From Mobula hypostoma (taxonomy: Eukaryota), in assembly GCF_963921235.1 (NCBI RefSeq), contig NC_086107.1, forward strand, positions 97,900,001 through 97,964,000: 64,000 nucleotides of DNA, read 5' to 3'. The translations under genes and the position numbers were made by a program. The stretch's first letter is position 1, and each line of letters starts with the position of its first letter. Below, one piece after another: positions 26,456 to 39,263 of the stretch. The notes beneath the pieces are model-generated. The model searched no databases and had not been told where the DNA came from. It saw only the letters and a list, made by a program, of their open reading frames with translations.

Positions 26456-27497
26456 GTAAGAAACTTCCCTTGCACCTGCGCCTCCCTTCTCCTTCACCCC
26501 TACAGCCCCTTGTCTTCCACCCCTGCAATGATACAGCATAGAAAGATATCCGTACTGACCATCGAGTCCCCATCCACAGTAATCCTTTCATCCACACTTA
26601 GTCTTCTGGAGCGCCTTGTGAATCAAGTGATTGCCCAGATACTTCTCAGGTGCCAGAGGAGTATCTGGTTCTAGCACCCTCTGGTTGAAATAATTTGTCC
26701 GTAAGTTTCTTTAAACATTTTTTTCCTTTACTTTAAATGTGTACTCACATATTAAACAGCTCTGCTTTGGAGAAAAGTTTCTATGCATCCCATCTATACC
26801 CCTCATAATTTTATCTCATACTTCTCCCACCCAAAAAAAGGATGCTGTATCATTCCAGGGGGGGAAGATCCCCTTGATCTTGCCTCCATCCAGATTAATT
26901 TCTTTTGTAACTTTCCCCATTTCCAACAGTATTCCACTACCAGACACATCTTCCCTTTCCTACTCCTTCCAGCATTCCAAAGGGACCAATCGCAAAATGG
27001 TTTCCTTCCTCCTCCACCAATCATTCGACTTTTTACTGACCAGTACTACCCCACACATTAGAAGGAGATGCCACACCTATCTCTTCACTTTCCTTCCCAC
27101 TAAGGAGTTCTTCCAGTCTGTGATGCCCACAGTGTGAACATTCAGTCTGTAAGGGTGACCTGTCACTCCCATTGTTCCAATGAAGCTCAACATAGGTTTG
27201 AGGAACAGCATCGATCTTCTGGCTCGGCATGTCTGCGTGATGTTGAATTCAACAATTTCACATAACCAGTTTGTGTCAGAATGGGCAAAACAAAGTCCAT
27301 CTCTCTCCACAGATGCTGCCTGATCCAAAGAGTATTTCCAGCGTTCCCTTGTATTTCATATTTCTAGCAATTGCTGAGTTCTATATCCTACGGTTTGAGC
27401 ATCATCCTTTATTTTACCACTGCCTTCACTTATTTACAAAGATTAGTGAGCAAATCTCATTCTCCTTAGCTGGCACCAACCACACATGCTGCCATGG

Positions 27498-27842
27498 TCT
27501 CCATCCTATCACACACATTCCCTCTGTTCTCCCCATCCTATCACACACATTCCCTCTGTTCTCTCCATCCTATCACACACATTCCCTCTGTTCTCTCCAT
27601 CCTATCACACACATTCCCTCTGTTCTCTCCATCCTATCACACGCATTCCTTCTGTTCTCTCCATCCTATCACACGCATTCCCTCTGTTCTCTCCATCCTA
27701 TCACACGCATTCCCTCTGTTCTGTCCATCCTATCACACGCATTCCCTCTGTTCTGTCCATCCTATCACACACATTCCCTCTGTTCTCTCCATCCTATCAC
27801 ACACATTCCCTCTGTTCTCTCTATCCTATCACAAATATTCCA
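27498..27842. repeat. 32-bp minisatellite, ~11 copies, inside an old PLE-like remnant (about 26870-27960)
   Basis: Unit TCTCCATCCTATCACACACATTCCCTCTGTTC. Confidence 0.95.
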
Positions 27843-28616
27843 TCTTCTCCATGCTCCCCCTTCTAGCTGAAAACATGCTTCATCTCTCACTCTGATGAAA
27901 GGCCACCAACTTGAAACATCTCCCCAGATATCACCCTGACCTGTTGAGTAACTCCGACATTGTCTCCAGTTACTCCAGGGTGTTCCACTGTGAATTGTAA
28001 ACCATCATTCAAACAGATTTTATTGTTTTCTGCCCTTGACTACAGACTTTGAGTATTTTTAAATAATTTTCTTTATTTATTTAGAGATACAGGGCTAAAC
28101 AGCCCCTCCTACTGCCCAGCAACCCACCCATTTAATCCTAGCCTAATCACGGGATAATTTACAATGACCAATTAGCTTACTAACCGGTACATGTTTGGAC
28201 TGGGAGAAGAAACCCACACGGTCACTGGGAGAACGTACAAACTCTTTACAGACAGCGGTGGGAAGGAGAAGAGCTCCATGAATATCCTCAGTAGTTGAGT
28301 TGCCACATTCCACTGAGTAGGGAATCCCAAGGTTTCATAACCCTCTGTACGAGGAATTGCCTCTATCTTTTTACTCTCCCGGCCCACTCCCTTCAACTTT
28401 TGTTCGCACAACTCACCTTCACACCTCTGGTCAGGTTTGCATTGAAGAATACCTGAAGTTAATTAATCAACCACTTACTGTCCAGGTTCTGCCCTCTCCA
28501 CTGTCTACAGGGTAGATGTCCAGAGAGCTCCAGCCTAAGTCATCTCCGCTCAGATTAATCTGCAGGACTAAGATATCACACATTCGCTGAGTAGCTTTTC
28601 TTCCTCTGTCTTGTAG

Positions 28617-28677
28617 AGTGTTGTCCAGGTTTGCCTTCAGCCTTTCACAGGACTGGGAGCTCCCTGTCAAGAAAGAG
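28617..28677 (+). CDS. SGSM3: SGSM3 penultimate exon (VLSRFAFSLSQDWELPVKKE)
   Basis: ttgtag| acceptor, |gtaaaa donor; 61 bp, phase 2 to 0. Confidence 0.94.
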
Positions 28678-28724
28678 GTAAAGGAGGATTTAATAATGGA
28701 CACTGATTTATATTGGCCATTAGA

Positions 28725-28945
28725 GGTGTGTGTGGGTGGGTGTGTGTGTGTGTGTGTGTATGTGCTGTGTGTGGTGTGTGTATGTGTGTGTGTCTGTGGC
28801 AGAGCAAGCTGTGTGGTGTGAGAGAGATTATGTGTGTGTGTGTGTGTGTGTAGAGCAGGGGTTGGGAAGTTTATGAGAGTGTATGGAGGGAGTGCTTGTG
28901 GTGCCAGGTATAGATGGTGAGTGTGTGTGTATGTGTGGGAGAGAT

Positions 28946-28988
<43 letters not shown>

Positions 28989-29081
28989 AGGGGTTGGGAA
29001 GTTTATGAGAGTGTATGGAGGGAGTGCTTGTGGTGCCAGGTATAGATGGTGAGCGTGTGTTTGTGTATGTGTGGGAGAGAT

Positions 29082-29115
<34 letters not shown>

Positions 29116-29200
29116 AGAGCAGGGGTTGGGAAGTTTATGAGAGTATATGGAGGGAGTGCTTGTGGTGCCAGGTATGGACTGTGAGTGTGTGTATGTGTGG
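28725..29200. repeat. (TG)n microsatellites embedded in a 132-bp tandem repeat (3 copies) in the last SGSM3 intron
   Basis: TAGAGCAGGGGTTGGGAAG recurs at 28851, 28983 and 29115. Confidence 0.93.
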
Positions 29201-29349
29201 CACGTTGATCATTGTCTCTCAGTGGGACTGATGTCTGAGCCATATACGGGAGCTGAGTGTTGTTGCTCATCAGACCCCCAGCTCCATCTCACCAGACACT
29301 CCATTCTGAACAGAACAGTTTGCACCTGAACTATTTCTTTGTTCATCAG

Positions 29350-29433
29350 GAGAAAGAGAAAAAGCCTCTGAAGGATGGAGTCCAGGACATGCTGGTGAAG
29401 CACCACCTCTTCAGCTGGGACATTGATGGTTAA
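29350..29433 (+). CDS. SGSM3: SGSM3 terminal coding exon ([27 protein letters not shown])
   Basis: catcag| acceptor; TAA at 29431-29433; characteristic SGSM3 C-terminus [12 protein letters not shown]. Confidence 0.95.
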   Translation, partial: EKEKKPLKDGVQDMLVKHHLFSWDIDG

Positions 29434-30872
29434 CTAGCCACAGACAATCGCACTCCAAACCCACACTCGCGGTTGGCACTACAGGTGTCTGTGTACATAG
29501 CAACCACCAGCTTTGTATGCACACATCCTAAAGGGAAGGAGACAGTCACCTCGACAAGGAATGTTGCACCATTATGATTCTTAAAACTCTTGGGAACTAA
29601 TATTCTGTTCTTTTCCCTGCTGTCTGTAAAATAAGTTCAGTTACACAGCATCCTTACATAATTCTCATTGGTGGCAATTGGTAACTTGGTTTCACCTGGG
29701 TCGATTGACCTGCACTGTAATCTTTCCCCGTTCCTGTTCCCTTCCCTGCTGGGGGGCACTTTGTGCATCAGATCAGAGCCGGGATTTCCGCCTGTTACCG
29801 CGGAGCTTGGCTCGAGGTGTTATCGTGCCAGGGGTAAGGAAGTGACAAGCAGAGCAGATACAGCACGTCGGTGTGGAGGTGAGCGGGTTTGAAAAGGCTT
29901 TGGGACACAATAAACACTTTACAAGATCACTGAGCCAAGGAAGCAAAACGTAATACTCTTTGCCCTCAAGCAAAAGTCACCAGCTGGCTTCTACCAAGCC
30001 CTGAGTGTTGTTACTGGAAGCCTTCATGAGGAAGCCAGCCCACAGCGAAGGACGCACCTTATCAGTCAGTCCTCTGCAGTAGCTGTGTATGTACAGCTAA
30101 TAAAGATAAAATTCCAGCAGCCTGCACGGTTAGAATGCTTGGAATCCAACACAAACTGTTCAGTTCCAACAAATAGAACCCATGCATAGTATCCAAGCAG
30201 TCCCATAGCATACGGGATAACACTGGGACCCAGGGGAATTACGTGAGACATTTTAAACAGGCTTGTTTAAGCCCGTTGAGTCCCTGATTAAACAGTTTTC
30301 AGAAGTCAGGACCGCTCGGACCTCTGTTGCAGGTGATGCCTGTGTCTAGGGAATCAGCACTCCGTCTTTTCACTGTTACCCCTCAGTTCTAGTGCACCCC
30401 TTCTCCAAGTCTCTGGAGTTTGGACTCTATCCTGGTGCCTTTGGTGGCTTGTTCAGTGTGGGAATGTGAGTCCCGTAGCACTGACAGCATGCCTGCTCAT
30501 GGCTGTCTCCTCGAGACCCCACCTGAAGCCGGTCAACGTCAGCAGCCAGGGACGGTGCAGAACGCTGAAGCAACTGCTGAGGTTGTCAAGTGGCTCAAAA
30601 ACTACTCATCAAAATTGTACCCTTCTCCAGCACACGGAGAGCAGACAGGAGGCGAGTATTATCCCAACTGGAAGGGAACTTCCTTCGGATTTTAACTTGA
30701 GGATTGTATTGCAGTGCAGGTGTGTGGGAAATCAGATCTTAGAGATTAGTCCACAGTTTGAGTCTGATGATAGCAGGTTTTAATTTATTCCTTGTTCTCC
30801 CTGATTTTTATTTGTTCATTACCCAGTCTGTATGTAAAAACTTTATATCATGTGAGCTATTTGTATATAAGT

Positions 30873-30878
30873 AATAAA
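30873..30878 (+). terminator. Probable SGSM3 polyadenylation signal (AATAAA); alternatives at 29909 and 30099
   Basis: AATAAA preceded by TGTA motifs in a T-rich context, closing a ~1.4 kb repeat-free stretch after the stop codon. Confidence 0.55.
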
Positions 30879-32149
30879 GGAACCCTGGTTTACTGGCAGA
30901 GTGCATCAATTCATGTCCCCTTGTGGCAGTGGCTTTCTGACCTGTTGGCTCGGGGAGCATTTGGAGCACACTTGATCTCAGCTGGTTACCGATGGGGTGA
31001 GGGACAAGGTTGGAGCTTAACCCTGGAGTTGAAGCTGTTTCAACTGATCTAAGGGACATTGGCAAGTGCAGGAGAAACGGGTAGGAACCATCCTGGGTCA
31101 CTATAGGAACGGCCAACTGAGCTACCAAGGGGATTTGGCTTTTCCTGCTGAAATCACCAGGTTTAGAAGTGCGGCCCTCAAACTCTTTTAACGCAACAAG
31201 AATCACCAGCTGCTACAAAGCCTGTGGAAGGGGGCTGAATGACCTGCTTCGCTGATGAAACTGTCATGTCCGTGATCGGACTGAGGATGCGGATGCTGCC
31301 TTGCGTTTAATTGCCTGATGTGTTCTGTGTGACTTCATGTAGCGTCAGCCTCAAACTATCCAAGGCACCCACACTCCCACCACTCAACCCCACCAAGGTG
31401 AGTGAAAGAAACCTGTGTCTCATTTGACTTTAACGTTATCCTAAGATTAGTTGTTGAGGTGAGTGACGTTCACAGTGATATTCTCCCAGGGAAGAAGCTT
31501 TTAGCTGGAACTCACAGGTCTGGGTGAGGGGGGCCCAATTGTATGTACTTAATATTCATTGAAGGGTAATTTCAGCTGACTGGCCTAATGCTGTTTGGAT
31601 GTGTGAAAAGGAAGTGGGAGAAATCACAGCACGATTTTATCACTGCAGCCTCAGAGAATGGACTTTGATGTGTAAGGAGCTCATGTCTATGGGAACTTCT
31701 CACCGCAGGCATTTGGTCGGATAGTGTGGCTTCGATCCCAGTCAGGTCACTAAGTATTCTCACCCTTTCTATAGCTCAAGTACTGTAATGGAGTCTACAG
31801 CATAGAAAACAGACCGTTTGGCCTAACTGCCTTTTGCCAGCCAAGATACCCATCTAAGCCAGTCCCAACTGTCCGCATGTGGTCCATATCCCTATAAACA
31901 GGGGTTCCCAACCTGGGCTCCATGGAATAGTAGAGGTCAATGGCATCAAAATGTTGGGAACCTCTGCTTTAAATCTTTCCTATCCATGTATCTGTCCAAG
32001 TGCCTTTTGAACACTGTTAATGCACCTGCCTTAACCCTCTGGCAGCTTGTTCCATACGCTAGGCACTCTCTGGGTGAAAACGTTGCTCCTCGGGTTCCTA
32101 TTAGGCCTTTCCCTCTGCAGGAAAAGGGATTGGATTGTGATTTTTAAGA

Positions 32150-35100
32150 GGCTCAGTCCCATGTGTCACCCGGCTTGCAGTATGTAGGAATTCTGAAACA
32201 CTCCTTGCCGTCACAATGACTACCTCTGCAGGAGCTGCCGCTAGTTTGGATGCTCCAGTGTGAGTGACCACTAAAGACATTGCAGTACATCTGCAAGGCT
32301 GGGAGTTGCAAGCTTATCAGGTTGTTGGAGGTGGTCACCCTGTAGCTCAAGGAAAGGGTGCCCTCCAGACAAAGGGAGCAAGGCTGACGAACAGGGAAAC
32401 CTCAGGATGCATCTCATCAAGGCCATATCTCCAGGCTAGAAAAAGGTAGGAGTGAATGTATCTCTCTTGAGTCCAGTCAGTGCCACCATCACATCACAGG
32501 GGGTGGCTCAGCTACTGGAGTGTAATGGCAGTGGTGGTCAGAGCTTTACACAGTGAGGAGGATGGACAAACCAGGTGTGAATCGAGGATGGTGCATTACC
32601 TCCCTGGTGCTGGGGCCCAGGACGTCACTGAACAGTTGCAGGACGTTTGGGTTTATTGCTTTACTATTGTTGTCACATGTACCAAGTCACGGTGAATAGC
32701 CTGATCTTCATTCAGATCAATTCATTACACAATGCACTGAGGTTGGTTGGCATCCGTCTCTCTGGAAGGACAATCGGTGATGATCATCATCACAAGCCCG
32801 GCCAGAAGGTATGGAGATCCTGAGATGTCCAGTTGTGAAGATCCTCCTCTCAGCCTCACCAGTGTAGTCCGAAGGAAAGCTTATGAAGCAATACGTTTGG
32901 CACCAGCTTGGCTGCAGGAACTGCCGGAAGGATGTTCAATGACGTCCAGCTGCCTTAGGGGCTCCACTCCAGATTTTCTGTCTGGGTTTACTCCCGTATC
33001 CTTCGTCTCTCCCGAGGCTGCCCACAAGGCAGCTCATGAGCACCACACACTGGTGGGCCTGCGTGCTACGTGTGCAGGGGCCAGACCTTCTCCCCGTCCC
33101 TTGTAGTTCAGCCTGAGTCCAAAAGGAGTGCAGTTATTGTAATACCCACAAGAAACTGCAAGGATGCTTTGTAAGCTGTACTGCTGAGGCTTTATCAGGC
33201 ACTGGTGTGACCTCACTTGGAGTAAAGTGAGCAGTTTGGGGCCCCTGATTTAAAAAAGGATGTGCTGACATTGGTAAGGGTTCAGGGGAGGTTCACGAGA
33301 ATGATCTGGGAATGAAAGGCTTATCGTATGAGGAGCAATTGATGGCTCTGGGCCTTAGATTCATGCTGCAGAATCTCATCACTGTGTGGACTCTGACCTC
33401 CTCGTTTAAAACAGATAGAGAGCTTAGTGACGTGATGTCAATGTCAACAAAAGGCCTGGTCATTGACTTCACAAACGGAGACGGTGCACACGCTCCTGTT
33501 TACATCAATGGTGTCGAGGTTGAGAACTTCACGCTCCTAGGAATGAACATCACCAATAAGCCTGTCTCGGTCCAACCATGTTGAAGTCACAGCTGAGAAA
33601 GTTCACCAATGTCTCTACTTCCTGAAGAAGTTTGCCATGGCCCCAGCGAGCCTTGGCAATTTTTATCATTGCATGATGAAAAATACACTATCTGGATGCA
33701 TAACAACACACACACACAATGCTGGAGGAACTCAGCAGGGAAGGCAGTATCTATGGAAAGAGTACAGTCGACATTTCAGGCCAAGACCCTTCGTCAAATG
33801 ATGCCATGCTGGTAGAGGTAAGGAACAAAGAGGGGGCCACTCAAATGACTTGTGTTATATTACAGGTTTCTCAATAGTCAGGAGGAAACAGAGAAGCAAA
33901 TCACAGGAATATATAATTTCAGGTACCTTAGTGTGAAAGGTTCTTAGGAAATGTGTGGGTGTTTTTATGAAGTCTTTTCACAAGAGCTTTTGAAGCTGGT
34001 TTGGTTTGTTGACAGTCCTACAAGAAGGGGGTGTCCTGGACCTAACCTTAGGGAATGAAGCTAGGTAAGTGATTGAACTGTCAGTGGGAGAGCATTTCAA
34101 AGATCCTGACCATTACTCTCTACATTTCAAGGTGGTTATAGGGATGGATAAGATGGACCAGAGGTGGAGGTCCTAATTTTGGAGTAGGAAGACCAATTTT
34201 AATATCAAAAAAAACACTGGGAGAAGCTACTTGTAGGAGGTCTACCTTTCATGGTGGGAATTAATTATGATAATATAATGAGAGTTCTGGGCCAGTAATT
34301 CTTGAAGAGTGAAAGATAAGGCCAGGTTCAAGGAGATCAGAAGCTGGATGAAGAAAAATAAGCCAATAGCAAGTACAGAACTTTGAAATGGGAGGCCATT
34401 CCAGAGCATGGAATGTGTAGGAAATCGGGTAACCATCTAACAATTACAGCACAGAAACAGGCCATCTCGGCCCTTCTAGTCCATGCCGAACTCTTACTCT
34501 CAGCTAGTCCCACCGACCTGCACTCAGCCTATAACCCTCCATTCCTTTCCTGTCCATATAGCTATCCAATGTAACTTAAAATGACAACATCGAACCTGCC
34601 TCAACCACTTCTGTCAGAAGCTCGTTCCACACAGCTACCACTCTCTGAGTAAAGAATAAAGAAAGTAGGGCAAATGAGAGGCATGAAATATTGGAGGATG
34701 TGGTTAATGAAAATTTCAAATCAGTTTATTAGTATGTTAAGGGCAAGAATGAACTAAGGAAAGAGTAGGGACCAAAGAGTAGCCAGAAGATGTGGGTAGG
34801 ATTTTAAAATGTCTTCTCATCTCCATTCTCCAAGGAGAAGGATGTCAGATGTGGATAATTCAGGGAAGATGATGTAGTGAACGTTGACAACATGTTATAT
34901 GAACAGGAGGAAGTGGGCTTACATCAGAATAGATCACCAGGACTGAATGAGCTGTATAGAGGGAGGCCTGCAGTGGGGCCTGATAGAGATGACTAAATCT
35001 TCACTGGCCACAAGTAAGGTGCAAGATGACTGCAGAAAAGCAAATGCACTTTTATTCGAGAAGGAAGACAGGATTTGCCAGGAAACTATACCCAGTCAGT

Positions 35101-35270
35101 CTAACGTAAAATGTTCCAGTGGACAAAGTTAATTTCTGCTTGAAACAGCAGGAATTAATCTAAGATAGTCCACATGGCTTTGTTAAAGGGATATCCTGCC
35201 TGATTAACTTGATAATTTTTTTCTGAAGAAGTAACTAATTGTATTGGTGAGGACATGTGTTTGATCTATT
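32150..35270 (+). mobile_element. Fragmented old CR1-type LINE(s) (ORF1 esterase and ORF2 remnants) with nested insertions
   Basis: SRMVHYLPGAGAQDVTEQLQ (SGNH esterase-like ORF1), EN and RT remnants; nested Rex1, PLE tail and minus-strand CR1 tail (about 34435-34655). Confidence 0.65.
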
Positions 35271-35929
35271 CTACACAGACTGTTAATCCCTGCACATTTG
35301 GCCAACATAATCATGGCTGATACTCTGAATACTGTCTTCCTGCTCTCTCCCCCCTTACTCTTTGATGCCTTTTGTGTCTGGAAATCTACTTCCTTTTGTG
35401 GTAGTGAACTCCACTGGGTTACCACCCTATGAGAGAAGAAATGTGTCCTCACCTCGGTCTAACTGACTTCTAAATGTCTACCCTGTATCCTGAACCCTCT
35501 GATCCTCCTCCCCACCATTCCAAACCCCTTGACCCAGGGGAAACGTTTTCTCCCATTCCAGCCAGAGGTACCCAATGAGATCTCACTTCATTCCTCTAAA
35601 CTTCAGCTAGTAGAGGCCTTGTTGTCCCAATTTCCATATAAAACTAATCCCACCATCTCAGGACTGTCCTGTAATGTAACATAACATCCTTACTCCAGCA
35701 CTCAAAGTTTCATGCAATGAAAGCCAATGTATCATTTTTCCTCTTATGTCTCTATACTTGCTACAAGCCGGAATACAAAGACTCCCTGGCCCCTTGATAC
35801 GTAACGTTTGCCCCTCCATCCCCAGTTAAATAGCATGCTGCCTTCAGCTTTCCCCACCAAAATGGTCAAGTTTGCATTCGTCCACATTAGGCTACATCTG
35901 CTCTGCATTTCCACTCCTCCCTTCACTCA

Positions 35930-36310
35930 TTATGAGCCAAGTCCTATGATGTGGGCAGTCACGGTCTTTCCATGATCATGATTGTTCTTGGCAATTATTT
36001 TTACAGAAGTGGTTTGCCATTGCCTTTTTCTGGGCAGTGTCTTTACAAGACGGGTGACCCCAGCCATTATCAATACTCTTAAGGGAATTGTCTGCCTGGC
36101 ATCAGTGGTCGCATAACCAGGACTTGTGATGTGCACCGGCTGCTCATACGACCATCCATCACCTGTTCCGATGGCTTCACATGACCCTGATCGGGGGGGG
36201 GGGTGGTGCTAGCCAGCTGCTACACCTTGCCCAAGGGTGACCTGCAGACTAGCTGAGAGAAGGAGCACCTTACACCTCCTCTGGCAGAGACCCATCTCCA
36301 CCCCACCACT
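35930..36310 (-). mobile_element. RTE-tail SINE-like repeat; fragments at about 38410-38515 and 52035-52095
   Basis: GAAGTGGTTTGCCATTGCC motif resembling RTE/BovB 3' ends; shared TACACCTTGCCCAA..GTGACCTGCAG and GTAGAGACGTATCTCCA segments. Confidence 0.55.
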
Positions 36311-37329
36311 TATGCACTCCTTCAGTTTGATTAAATCACCCTGAAGCCTCTTCCCATCCTCCTCACAATCTCACAATCCCTCAGAGATTGTTGTTGGCAG
36401 ATTTGGAAGTGGTATTTTTCCTTGTCGAAATATTGCTGGTGCCCAAGCATCGATCCCTGCAGTTCCTGTGTACCACAAAACACCTATTTAATACTACTCC
36501 CGGTTTCCCGTACATCAGACAATTTTCAGTTCCTACCAATATATTACCCTCACTCCGTGCGCTTTAATTTCGCTAACCTCTTCTGTGGGAGTTTATCAGT
36601 GGCCTTCTGAAACCTTAATTGCACCAAAATCCATTTCAGCTCTTGTTCCCGTTCCCCTACACTTTCCCCTCTGTCCTGCAAATTCTTCCCTTTCAGGTAC
36701 TCCATCTAGCCTGTTTTCAAACACTGCAGTTGAAATCTGTCCCCACTTCCCCCTCCAGTGCCATTACAACGACCATTCACCGTGTTAAAGCATGCCCTTG
36801 TTTCGTTTTCCAGTTCTGTCCCCATCCTTTGTGTCCTTGGATCTCATCCCTTCCATAGGTTCTCCCTGTTTACACACTCCACAAGGTCGTCAGATCTCTT
36901 CCCGACCAGCCCGATCCCAGCTTCTCCACACCAGGCACCAGTCCCTCATCCCTGGGAGTACAATAGTAAATCCCTTCTGCACCCTCTCCCAAAACTTCAC
37001 AGCCTGAAAATACAAGTGGACGCATGCTCCATTGTGATTGAGCCTGTCACGCAAATGCTCGCCATCGCACTCGTAATCTTTTCCTCAAAATCCCCGTCAC
37101 TGTCAGTACACTAACTACATACGCATTCTGTATCTCCCCGACCTTGTGGCCTCAGAGATTATCCCGCCTCTTCTCGATCTTCTTAGCGAGACACACCTCC
37201 TCAGTATACCAGCCACCCCATGGGCTGTACCCTCACAGCGGCTGTTGCGGTCCTGACTGCTCACCGCGTCCCTGGACCGTGTCAATACTTAAAAACACCA
37301 GAACATCTGCAAAGCAACACACACAAAAT

Positions 37330-37750
37330 AAGTGGAGGGGCAACACCTTATATTCCACCAACCTGATGAAATAAATATCGATTTCTCGTTCCTGTAAAAA
37401 GAAATTCCCTCCTTCCCCTCTTCTTCTATTCCCCACTCCGGCCTCTCACCTGCCTATCACCTCCCCCTGCGCCCCCTCCTCCTTCTCTTTCTCCTGTGGT
37501 CCACTCTCCTCTCCTGTCAGATTCCTTCCTCTCCAGCCCTTTACTTTCCCCACCCACCTGGTTTCACCTCTCACCTTCTGGCTACCCTCCTTCCCCAAAC
37601 CCCCACACCCCATATTTTCATTCTGGCGTCTTCCCCTTCCTCTCCCGTCCTGAAGAAGGGTCTCGGCCCGAAACGCTGACTGTTTATTCATTTCCATAGA
37701 TCCTGCCTGACCCGCTGAGTTCCTCCAGCATTTTGTGGGTGTTGCTTTGA
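37330..37750 (+). mobile_element. Penelope-like element 3' end with mutated hammerhead (37646-37682)
   Basis: GTC-CTGAAGA-AGGGTCTCGGCCC-GAAAC-GCT-GAC; triplet GCU is not NUH. Confidence 0.78.
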
Positions 37751-39099
37751 ATATCTAGAAGTTGTGCCCTTTAATCAGTGTCCAAGCCATAAATAGCCAC
37801 GGAGGAACGCAGTGATGATTCCAGTAACAATCCCCAGACAGCTTGTCTGTATCTTTTCCCTCCATCTGAAAACCATCCTCTGTGCCTGATCTGTTCAGTT
37901 GTGTTTTTTTTTCTTTCTCTCTCTCTCTCTCTCTCTCTCTCCTCCCCCCCCCCCCCCCACCCCGACCCCGCCTTAACCTCTTTAATCCGCAGGATTCGGT
38001 CTGTTATCTGGCACCGTATCAAACTTTCTTTGGAAGTCCATGTAAACCACATCACAGACCCTCAGTGATTCCCGTGGTAACTTCAAAAACCCGTTGTCAG
38101 ACAGAATTTGCCTCGAACAAACCCACGCCTGCTCTCTCTAGTCAATCCATGCTTATTGGCTTCTGTTTCTGATCCTTGTTTCTAGAACTCTCTCTCCCTC
38201 TGGTTAAAGTGACCGGTCTGCCATTACCGGGTGTCAGGTCTACATCCTTTGACTAAGACGGGGAGTTTTCTCCCGAGCCTGGAGGTGATGTGATGAAGTA
38301 TAATCAGGTTACAGTATAAGGGACATATAGAACTGTGAGAAGTCTCAGGCACGTGTGTATAACCAGAATGCACAGTACTATATTTGTCAACTCGGAGCGG
38401 AGAGCGAGTTTGCGGGAGCTAAGCAGGTGCTACACCTTGCCCAAAGGTGACCTGCAGGTGAGTGGACGGAAGGAGCGCCCTACACCTCCTTTGGTAGAGA
38501 CGTATCTCCATCTCCCCAGATGGGGATCTGAGGGGGGAAGATTTTACAGAGAGGGGTTGATTTCTGGGATACACAGCCAGAGGTGGTGGTGGAATCAAAT
38601 AAAATTATTCTGCTTAAGAGGCATTTAGACCGACACAAATAGGCAAGGGACAGACCTAATGTGGGCAAAAAGGGACAGCATGGATGGGTTGAAGGGCTGT
38701 ACTATTCTGAATGATGTAGTTTACCCATGTCCATCCACGGCCTCCTCTACTGTAAAGATGAAGCCACACTCAGGTTGGAGGAACAACACCTTATATTCCG
38801 TCTGGGTAGCCTCCAACCTGATGGCATGAACATTGACTTCTCTAACTTCCGCTAAGGCCCCACCTCCCCCTCGTACCCCATCTGTTACTTATTTTTATGC
38901 ACACATTCTTTCTCTCACTCTCCTTTTTCTCCCTCTGTCCCTCTGAATATACCTCTTGCCCATCCTCTGGGTCCTCCCCCCCCTTGTCTTTTTTCCCGGA
39001 CCTCCTGTCCCAAGATCCTCTCGTATCCCTTTTGCCAATCACCTGTCCAGCTCTCGGCTCTATCCCTCCCCCTCCTGTCTTCTCCTATCATTTTGGATC

Positions 39100-39192
39100 T
39101 CCCCCTCCCCCTCCCCCTCCCCCTCCCCCTCCCCCTCCCCCTCCCCCTCCCCCTCCCCCTCCCCCTCCCCCTCCCCCTCCCCCTCCCCCTCC
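39100..39192. repeat. (CCCCCT)n hexamer microsatellite, ~15 units
   Basis: Directly visible perfect array. Confidence 0.97.
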
Positions 39193-39227
39193 AACTTTCA
39201 AATCCCGTATTCACTCTTCCTTCAGTT

Positions 39228-39263
39228 AGTCCTGACGAAGGGTCTCGGCCTGAAACGTCGACT
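39228..39263 (+). ncRNA. Intact minimal type I hammerhead ribozyme motif
   Basis: AGTC-CTGACGA-AGG(GTCTCGG)CCT-GAAAC-GTC-GACT: all core nucleotides, GUC cleavage triplet, palindromic ACGT in place of stem III. Confidence 0.82.

Noticed and set aside
27271..27895. Three overlapping repetitive ORFs / CRISPR-like periodicity
   Set aside because: A contiguous 32-bp tandem repeat with no unique spacers; eukaryotic DNA with no cas genes.
27891..27920. CTGATGA...GAAAC hammerhead-like core of a second PLE subfamily
   Set aside because: No stem I partner after the triplet, so it cannot fold as a ribozyme; counted only as a relic.
28467..29270. 267-aa His/Thr-rich minus-strand ORF
   Set aside because: Produced by (CA)n and the 132-bp repeat; overlaps a real SGSM3 exon on the other strand.
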